A stretch of DNA of 32,000 nt from Erysipelothrix inopinata (GTDB taxonomy: Bacteria > Bacillota_I > Bacilli_A > Erysipelotrichales > Erysipelotrichaceae): contig NZ_CP060715.1 of assembly GCF_014396165.1 (NCBI RefSeq), positions 1,170,001 through 1,202,000 of the forward strand, written 5' to 3'. The notes below the pieces were generated by a model. The model made no database searches. It saw nothing but the letters and a program-made list of their open reading frames with translations, and was not told the DNA's origin. Below are positions 26,118-32,000 of this stretch, in pieces. A program made the translations under genes and the position numbers. The stretch's first letter is position 1. Each line of letters begins with the position of its first letter.

Positions 26118-27383
26118 TTATGATTTTGAGGCAACAATCACAGAGGTTGTTGCTGAACCTGTAACGTTTGCCATCGTACGTGCCATATCTACTAAACTAG
26201 AAATTGGAGCAAGTACAAAGATTATTTCAAGTGGTAGCCCTGCAGCTGTTAATACGGCAGTTGCTGCGATTGTCGCAGTTCCGGGTACACCTGCTGTACC
26301 AAATGACACAACAACTGAATAAACAATAAGTAATGCATATTGCATAGGTGTAAAAGGAATGTTAAGGGCATTGATGCTAAAGACTGCAAGCATTACTGGC
26401 CAAATTCCAGTACATGCAGCCATCCCCATATTAGCACCCAGTCCTGAAACGAACGATGCTATATCTTCATCAACATCTAATTTCTCAGTAAGTTGTTCTA
26501 CGACAACAGGCACAGAACCAATACTACTTTGTGATGTGAAAGCAACTACTTGTGCAGGCCATATTCCCTTAAAGAAGTCTTTGACACTTGTTTTAGAAAA
26601 GAACTTAATGAGTACGCCATTCACTACGAATGCTTGGAAGAAACTTAGTAAGTAACCTACTAAAATTATGATTACAAATGATTGTAAATCCTTACCACCA
26701 TCACGAGTAGGAACTGAAGCAATAAATGATACAACAGCATAAGGTGTTAAACGAATGACAAACTTAACAACTTCATTCGTCAATTTGTTCATCGCATTAA
26801 AGAAATCAATAATCGGTTTCGCATCTTCCGGTTTGCGAGTATTGATCTTAATCAAAGAAACACCCACTATAGTAGCGAAAATAATAATTGGAATAACTTG
26901 ATTGCTTGCTGCATGAGCAATAATGTTACTTGGGAAAAAGGAAATTATTGTGTCAATAAAAGTTGGCACTTCCTTAGGGATGTAATCGGTAGGTAACGTA
27001 ATTTGAAATCCTGAACCGAGCTTAATCCATGTTGTAAATAATACAGTAATCGTTGCTGCAATTGCAGTATTTAATAAGAGCCAGAATACCGTACGTAATC
27101 CGAGACTTTTTAAACGATCAATATTTTTTAAAGAAGCAACACTTGCGATAATGCTGAAAAATAATAAAGGGGCAACAATTGAAGAAATGAGACGTGTAAA
27201 AATTCGCCCAAAAACTGTGACATATTGAGTTGAACCCTGGAATACAAAACCAAGAATAAGCCCAAGAACTAAAGCAATAATGGTACGATAACCAAAATTG
27301 ACATGTTTCTTTTGAAGCTTAAACAAAAAAGCAAAGACAACGAGAGTGGCTACAAGAGCGAGCCAAGGGTAATAAAGTTCCAT
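26118..27383 (-). CDS. Dicarboxylate/amino acid:cation symporter (DAACS) family transporter, TcyP (L-cystine)-like
   Basis: AGGAGG sits 10 nt upstream of the ATG (MELYYPW...), so the track's GTG extension to 27428 is rejected. DAACS motifs: AFTSQSSIGSVPV, GANMGMAACTG and a C-terminal LVDMARTMANVTG. The N-terminal LQKKHVNFGYR resembles what I recall of TcyP/YhcL proteins; this needs a search. Confidence 0.8.
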   Translation of the reverse strand: MELYYPWLALVATLVVFAFLFKLQKKHVNFGYRTIIALVLGLILGFVFQGSTQYVTVFGRIFTRLISSIVAPLLFFSIIASVASLKNIDRLKSLGLRTVFWLLLNTAIAATITVLFTTWIKLGSGFQITLPTDYIPKEVPTFIDTIISFFPSNIIAHAASNQVIPIIIFATIVGVSLIKINTRKPEDAKPIIDFFNAMNKLTNEVVKFVIRLTPYAVVSFIASVPTRDGGKDLQSFVIIILVGYLLSFFQAFVVNGVLIKFFSKTSVKDFFKGIWPAQVVAFTSQSSIGSVPVVVEQLTEKLDVDEDIASFVSGLGANMGMAACTGIWPVMLAVFSINALNIPFTPMQYALLIVYSVVVSFGTAGVPGTATIAATAVLTAAGLPLEIIFVLAPISSLVDMARTMANVTGSATTSVIVASKS

Positions 27384-27404
27384 TGATAAACATCCTCCTA
27401 AAGA

Positions 27405-27431
27405 TAAAAAAAGAGTGCCTGACAGCACTCT
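27405..27431 (-). terminator. Intrinsic terminator inside the 5' leader of the symporter gene
   Basis: On the minus strand: AGAGTGC-tgtcag-GCACTCT followed by TTTTTTT. It ends about 7 nt before the SD. Confidence 0.55.
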
Positions 27432-27583
27432 GAACCATTAATAATCTATGTTTCGATCGTGATGCATGCTTAAAAGTACAGAAACTGTACGGATTGACTT
27501 TCAAGTTTGCAACATTTCACGAAATAATTCATATGACCCTCCTAAACATATTTAACATATATGTTTAACATGTTTATGTACCT

Positions 27584-27612
27584 ATAATAATTCTTGGTGA
27601 GAAACTTGTCAA
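27584..27612 (-). promoter_or_regulatory. Sigma-A-like promoter for the symporter leader: TTGACA, 17 nt, TATTAT
   Basis: On the minus strand, TTGACA lies at 27612-27607 and TATTAT at 27589-27584, with an exact 17-bp spacer. This predicts a leader of about 195 nt. Confidence 0.5.
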
Positions 27613-27632
27613 GTGTAATAACTTCAAGACCA

Positions 27633-27661
27633 TTCATACTCGTATCCTGTTTAGGTATAAT
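27633..27661 (+). promoter_or_regulatory. Candidate promoter for the flavoprotein gene: TTCATA, 17 nt, TATAAT
   Basis: Consensus -10 with a 17-bp spacer. A second TATAAT lies 6 nt downstream. Confidence 0.45.
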
Positions 27662-27702
27662 TTGTTATAATACGAATAGATTTTTAATAAGGAGAATGCG
27701 TT

Positions 27703-28878
27703 ATGGATACGATAATTGTCATAGGAGGGGGCCCATCAGGAATGATGGCTGCAATCTCTTCAAAAGAGCACCACCCAAATGCTCGTGTTATTTTAATTGA
27801 AAGAAATGAAAGACTCGGAAAAAAACTAAGACTTACAGGGGGTGGCCGTTGTAATGTTACGGCTGATGTTAGCAATGAAGAAGTTATAAGCTATGTCCCA
27901 AAAAATGGAAAGTTTTTATACAGTGCTCTAACAAACTTTAATCCTCAAGATATTCAGAAGTTTTTCAACGAAAATGGTTGCGAAACAAAAATTGAGGATC
28001 ATCACCGCGTTTTCCCAAAAAGTAATAAATCACAAGATATTGTAGAAACACTACACCGTAAACTGGTTGAATGTGGTGTTGAACTCTTCTTAGATACATA
28101 TGTTGAATCAATTGATATTGCTAAAAAGAAAATTGTTACGAATAAGCAAACATTTAATTTTGATCATTGTATTTTCGCTACTGGAAGTAAAACATTGCCC
28201 GGAACTGGTTCGGATGGAAATGGTTATGGTTTATCCGAGGCGGTTGGACACACGATTACAAAGTTATTACCTGCAGAAGTTCCGCTGGTATCAAACGACC
28301 AAGTCATTCAAGAGAAAACGCTTCAAGGATTATCATTCAAGGATGTTAAACTTAATATTTATAAAAAGAATAAGATAAAACAAAGTATTACTCATGATCT
28401 ACTCTTTACTCACTTTGGACTATCAGGACCTGCAGCATTACGAGCAAGTTTCTATATCCAAACTATTCTTGAGAAGGAAACTCCTGCAAAAATAAGCATT
28501 GATTTTTTACCTGAAATATCGCTTGAATCCCTTCAACAAGAATCAGACGTTGAAGAAAAACTTCAAGAATATGGACTTCCGAAGCGACTTATCAGTTACT
28601 TTAAAGAAAAAAGTAAGAACACACAAGAAGTACTCGAAAAGGTAAAAGGTTTTGAAATGAGTGTCTATGAGACGCGTGGTTTTGCACATGCATTTGTAAC
28701 AAATGGCGGCGTAACTCTAAAGGAGATTGACCCCAAGACGATGAAATCGAAAATTAATCCTTGTATCTCAATGTGTGGAGAACTCTTAGATTACAATGCA
28801 TTCACAGGGGGATTTAATATTACATCTGCTTTCGCAACTGGATTTACAGCAGGAAAATATGCTTTATCTGAAGCCTAA
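27703..28878 (+). CDS. HI0933/BaiN-family NAD(P)/FAD-dependent oxidoreductase
   Basis: AAGGAG upstream of the ATG. Motifs: IIVIGGGPSGMMAA (dinucleotide fold), LTGGGRCNVT and the C-terminal GELLDYNAFTGGFN. Confidence 0.85.
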   Translation: MDTIIVIGGGPSGMMAAISSKEHHPNARVILIERNERLGKKLRLTGGGRCNVTADVSNEEVISYVPKNGKFLYSALTNFNPQDIQKFFNENGCETKIEDHHRVFPKSNKSQDIVETLHRKLVECGVELFLDTYVESIDIAKKKIVTNKQTFNFDHCIFATGSKTLPGTGSDGNGYGLSEAVGHTITKLLPAEVPLVSNDQVIQEKTLQGLSFKDVKLNIYKKNKIKQSITHDLLFTHFGLSGPAALRASFYIQTILEKETPAKISIDFLPEISLESLQQESDVEEKLQEYGLPKRLISYFKEKSKNTQEVLEKVKGFEMSVYETRGFAHAFVTNGGVTLKEIDPKTMKSKINPCISMCGELLDYNAFTGGFNITSAFATGFTAGKYALSEA

Positions 28879-28981
28879 GTGCTTGTGTGAAATTATAGAA
28901 ACCATCCTCAAATCCCATAATTTAAAGAAAGACTGTGATATGATTAGTAAGTAGATCTAACAGTTTACAAGGAGGTTTATA

Positions 28982-30271
28982 ATGAGTGATAAAAAAACAC
29001 ATTATGAAGAAGATGGTAAAGTAATTGATGTCGAAATTATCTCAGAAGAAGAAGTTGAAGATTTTGATAATTACGATCATCTTGATGAAGGTGAGTATGT
29101 CTTCTACGAAGAAACAGATGAAGATGACGCCCCTACAGAAGAAATAATCATCGAGAGTGAAACAAAGAAAACTAAAAATAAAAAAACTAAAAAAGTAAAA
29201 AATAAAAAGGATAAAAAATCAAAAGGTGCTAAAAACAAGATGAATACGATTATAGCTATCGTTGTCTTATGCTTGGTAGCAGGCGGTACCTATTTTGCTT
29301 GGAATCGTTTCTTTTCAAAAGAAAAAGTTGATATCTTTGAATACATAGAAGTGAAATATACAGGTGTTGATGGCTCAGCAATTGCTGGAATAGAACCCAT
29401 TGACCCTATGACAAACCAAGATGCTAAGGACCTTGTTGATAATGCAATCTTTACATTTGAACCTTCAAATACTGGGTTAAAAAATGGTGATAAGCTTACT
29501 GTAAAAGTGAAACTTAACTCAGAATTTGAAAAAGAATTTAATGAAAAGAAAAAACTCGCTTCGACGAGTAAAGAGTACACTGTGGACCTCTACTCTGAAG
29601 CATCAACCATTGATCCATTTGATGGCTTAGTTGTAGATTTCTCTGGTAAGCAAGGCGAGGGAAAAGCAAGTGTCGATAAGAGCGGTGTGAAAGCACCAGA
29701 TGCTGCTACAAAAAATATTCTCAGCAATGTTGAATACGTCGTTTCTAAAGATTCAAAACTTAATCAAGGCGATACAGTAGAAGTCAGCTTGAAATATAAT
29801 GAAGCAGTCCGTAAAGAACTTAAAGCAAAGAATATGAGCTTCAAAACTGAGAAGAAAAACTATATTGTCGAGGGACTTGCAGTGTCACCGGAAAGTGTTA
29901 AAGATATTGAAAACGTTAATGATCTCAGTAAATCAGCCCTTGATGCATTAAAAAATAAACATGCTGAAAAAGGACTTAAAGCGGAAAATTATCAAAAATC
30001 GTTAACATGTTATGCGCAAACTCCAAAATTACAAAGTAATGCTTACGATGAGTTAAACGGTACAGCATTCTCTGATGGAACTCTCATGTTTGTGTATACT
30101 TATCAGCTTGATGGTAAAACATATGCCGATAACATGGGATATACCAATATTGTTTATAATAATGGTAAAATTGATCAGAATGCGAAAATTTTAACATCAC
30201 CAAAACAAGAGAAAGCATCGCTTGAAAAGATTCAAGGTGAGCTAAATACTAATGGATTTAAATGTGATTAA
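28982..30271 (+). CDS. Hypothetical single-pass membrane protein: acidic then Lys-rich cytoplasmic tail, TM, duplicated extracytoplasmic domain
   Basis: AAGGAGG upstream of the ATG. The N-terminus is rich in D/E, followed by KKTKNKKTKKVKNKKDKKSKGAKNK and the TM IIAIVVLCLVAGGTYFAW. Two similar segments of about 95 aa follow. Confidence 0.6.
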   Translation: MSDKKTHYEEDGKVIDVEIISEEEVEDFDNYDHLDEGEYVFYEETDEDDAPTEEIIIESETKKTKNKKTKKVKNKKDKKSKGAKNKMNTIIAIVVLCLVAGGTYFAWNRFFSKEKVDIFEYIEVKYTGVDGSAIAGIEPIDPMTNQDAKDLVDNAIFTFEPSNTGLKNGDKLTVKVKLNSEFEKEFNEKKKLASTSKEYTVDLYSEASTIDPFDGLVVDFSGKQGEGKASVDKSGVKAPDAATKNILSNVEYVVSKDSKLNQGDTVEVSLKYNEAVRKELKAKNMSFKTEKKNYIVEGLAVSPESVKDIENVNDLSKSALDALKNKHAEKGLKAENYQKSLTCYAQTPKLQSNAYDELNGTAFSDGTLMFVYTYQLDGKTYADNMGYTNIVYNNGKIDQNAKILTSPKQEKASLEKIQGELNTNGFKCD

Positions 30272-30274
30272 GAA

Positions 30275-30300
30275 AAGAACGTCGTGTGACGTTCTTATTT
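30275..30300. terminator. Bidirectional terminator
   Basis: AAAAGAACGTC-gtgt-GACGTTCTT followed by ATTT, between the convergent stops at 30271 and 30313. Confidence 0.65.
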
Positions 30301-30312
30301 GTTTCTGGATAT

Positions 30313-31044
30313 TTATTTCCGCTTGAACATGGATTTTTTTAGTTCATCTAGGTGCTCAGGGAATTTGATGGATTTTGAAGTTGGAAAGGATCGAAGAATT
30401 CTTCTTTCCGAAAATTTCAATTTGTTTTTAACTGCATCATAACGCGCTGTTAGTTCATCACGACGCTTGATTTGCTTCTCTTCCAAGTTGTCAACAATGG
30501 TACTAATTTCATCTTTAATATCTTTAAGTTCCTTGAGATATTTTTTAAGATTTAAGGTTGATACGAGTGTAATTACGAAGTCAACAATAATGATGCTTCC
30601 AGCAATAATCATAACCCAATGTTGGGTACTCAAAGATAGTTTAGATACCTCCACAATGATCGTTGGATGGACCCAAACGACAAGAATCACAGAAAGTGCT
30701 CCAAACATTAAAGAATTTCGTAAACAAACGCGGCCATTGATATTGAACTTTCGCTTTGAATAATCCCACCAACGCATGTCGAATGCTTTTTCCATGATAT
30801 AGCTTGTAATGTATTCTAAAGCACTTGTTAAGATAATTCCTAATATGAATACCAGTAGTGGATTGTCTAGAAAAGGATCAAGGACAAATAAAATTGTCAT
30901 GGCACCAAATCCGTAAATAGGTACTAAAGGTCCATGTAGAAAGCCCCTTTCTACAAATTTCTTCGCTGGAATAGAACAGTAAACTGTTTCTAATATCCAT
31001 CCAATAAAACTATAAATTAACCAATAAATAAAATATGTTTGCAT
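30313..31044 (-). CDS. CmpB-like ('putative ABC-transporter type IV') membrane protein
   Basis: GAGGTGAGAGG upstream of the ATG. The N-terminus FIYWLIYSFIGWILETVYCSIPAKKFVERGFLHGPLVPIYGFGAM matches my memory of this family's conserved start. A C-terminal coiled-coil tail is also present. Confidence 0.6.
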   Translation of the reverse strand: MQTYFIYWLIYSFIGWILETVYCSIPAKKFVERGFLHGPLVPIYGFGAMTILFVLDPFLDNPLLVFILGIILTSALEYITSYIMEKAFDMRWWDYSKRKFNINGRVCLRNSLMFGALSVILVVWVHPTIIVEVSKLSLSTQHWVMIIAGSIIIVDFVITLVSTLNLKKYLKELKDIKDEISTIVDNLEEKQIKRRDELTARYDAVKNKLKFSERRILRSFPTSKSIKFPEHLDELKKSMFKRK

Positions 31045-31187
31045 CCTCTCACCTCAATTAATACACATTATAACAGACTCGGATATGATTAGAAACAAAG
31101 GACAAGTTTAGATTTAAGACTGTGGATAATTTCATGACATAAATCGTGATTATCATAACGTGTATACAAAAAAAATATGGTTAAGGG

Positions 31188-31216
31188 TTGACAAGGTTAA
31201 AAAGTGTATGTATCAT
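31188..31216 (+). promoter_or_regulatory. Sigma-A promoter for the mgtA leader: TTGACA, 17 nt, TATCAT
   Basis: Consensus -35 with an exact 17-bp spacer. It lies about 30 nt upstream of the riboswitch. Confidence 0.6.
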
Positions 31217-31247
31217 AGGTCACGGAATAAGTTGAAAACAAAATTTA

Positions 31248-31392
31248 ATATCGGTAGGTGAGGCTACCATAGGGATACGGATTACTGCCGCAAAATAGTG
31301 GAGACACTATGAGATGGTCAACAGTCTAGGTCAACAAGGCGTAGAATAATGTAATTTCATTGCCCTATGGAGTTAAAGCTTGAACGAAGACA
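31248..31392 (+). promoter_or_regulatory. M-box (ykoK-type) magnesium riboswitch aptamer
   Basis: GGTAGGTGAGGCT...CTGCCGCAAAA...GGTCAACAG...TTAAAGCTTGAACGAAGAC matches the conserved M-box blocks GUUAGGUGAGGCU, CUGCC, GGGUCAACAG and CUAAAGCUCUACGA. The element lies upstream of a Mg-transport ATPase gene. Confidence 0.85.
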
Positions 31393-31415
31393 ATAAATAT
31401 TTTTTAGTATGTTAA

Positions 31416-31447
31416 ACCACGTCTTTGTTTAGGCGTGGTATTTTTTT
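31416..31447 (+). terminator. Expression-platform terminator of the M-box riboswitch
   Basis: ACCACGTCT-ttgttt-AGGCGTGGT followed by ATTTTTTT. Confidence 0.8.
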
Positions 31448-31608
31448 GTTTGAACGAAAGAAGGGAGTGGTAACCATGCAATCGTGTTGTTGTAGGGGTA
31501 TAAAACAATTTAATAATAGGCGAAACATGTTGGGTGGTTTGACACTCTCATATCGATTGTTGTAGCTGTTTTGTATCCTACTTATTTATGTTAAGGGAGG
31601 ATATAACG

Positions 31609-32000
31609 ATGACAATGAATAAAAAAACTGTAAGCCGCGAAGCTTACGAAACACTTAAAGCAATGCGTGCACAAGATCGCTTAAAAGAAGCAGCAATCTT
31701 GGACACTGAAGAACTAACAACGAATTTGAAATCTACACGTGAAGGACTTCAAACACGTCGTGTTGATAAAGCAAGAGAAGATTTTGGGGAAAATAAAATA
31801 AAATATGGAAAAGAAGACAGTGTTTTAATGAAGGTTATCAAAGCATTCATTAATCCCTTCACTTCAATTTTAATTGCTCTTGCACTTGTATCTGGATTTA
31901 CAGATATTATTCTTGCAGAACCTGGAGAAGCGGATCCAACAACCGTAATTATCATTACACTTATGGTGTTAATCAGTGGTATCTTACGTTATGTACAAGA
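31609..32000 (+). CDS. mgtA: Magnesium-translocating P-type ATPase, N-terminal part (continues beyond the window)
   Basis: AAGGGAGG sits 8 nt before the ATG. The frame is open to the window end. STREGLQTRRVDKAREDFGENKI and FINPFTSILIALALVSGFTDII are typical of the MgtA/MgtB N-terminus and TM1. The M-box lies upstream. Confidence 0.9.
   Translation, partial: MTMNKKTVSREAYETLKAMRAQDRLKEAAILDTEELTTNLKSTREGLQTRRVDKAREDFGENKIKYGKEDSVLMKVIKAFINPFTSILIALALVSGFTDIILAEPGEADPTTVIIITLMVLISGILRYVQ

Noticed and set aside
27384-27428. N-terminal extension of the symporter ORF from a GTG at 27428
   Set aside because: The extension would translate the terminator hairpin and the SD. An AGGAGG is correctly spaced before the ATG at 27383. 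The same logic was applied to the alternative-codon track starts at 369, 4627, 4736, 4996, 8398, 17860, 19720 and 21371.
27384-27577. T-box or SAM (S-box) leader upstream of the TcyP-like gene
   Set aside because: There is no T-box sequence (AGGGUGGNACCGCG-like), no specifier-loop architecture, and none of the conserved S-box helices. The leader is shorter than typical T-boxes.
1-32000. Mobile element, prophage or defence island signatures
   Set aside because: No transposase, integrase, recombinase, terminal inverted repeats, tRNA insertion site or recognisable defence genes were seen. Base composition looks uniform by eye across the window.

Overview
Low-GC (about 35% by eye) Bacillota-type chromosomal segment, possibly Erysipelotrichales-like (a guess, not tested). 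It mixes housekeeping genes (ahpCF, purB, purA, M-box-controlled mgtA) with accessory genes. In order: the 3' end of a tyrosine-phosphatase-like gene; an Mga/PRD-like regulator with a GH13 alpha-glucosidase; a copZ-like, P1B-ATPase, Crp/Fnr (Flp-like) operon; a divergent MerR/GNAT pair; a 1282-aa LPXTG adhesin with nine SpaA/CnaB-like modules; a DUF1430-like permease plus ABC ATPase; a TetR gene broken by an in-frame TGA; a RibD_C/DHFR-family gene; an Sfp-type PPTase; ahpCF; purBA; a membrane protein with an NdpA-like protein; a TcyP-like DAACS symporter; an HI0933-type flavoprotein; two membrane proteins; and an M-box riboswitch followed by the 5' end of mgtA. I saw no rRNA, tRNA, CRISPR array, transposase, integrase or phage genes. 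I found no convincing new multi-gene system. The most interesting items are: (1) a lactococcin-972-type immunity/export pair with no bacteriocin gene, beside a motif-rich 550-bp intergenic region; (2) a long leader upstream of the TcyP-like transporter, containing a Cys-Cys mini-ORF and an intrinsic terminator; (3) a perfect FNR-like palindrome in front of a metal ATPase operon whose ATPase has a non-canonical CPG motif; (4) unexplained leader terminators or spacers at purB and mgtA. Several ORF-track starts use upstream alternative start codons. I moved these to the ATG that follows a Shine-Dalgarno sequence. Coordinates of small sites were read by hand and may be off by 1-2 nt.
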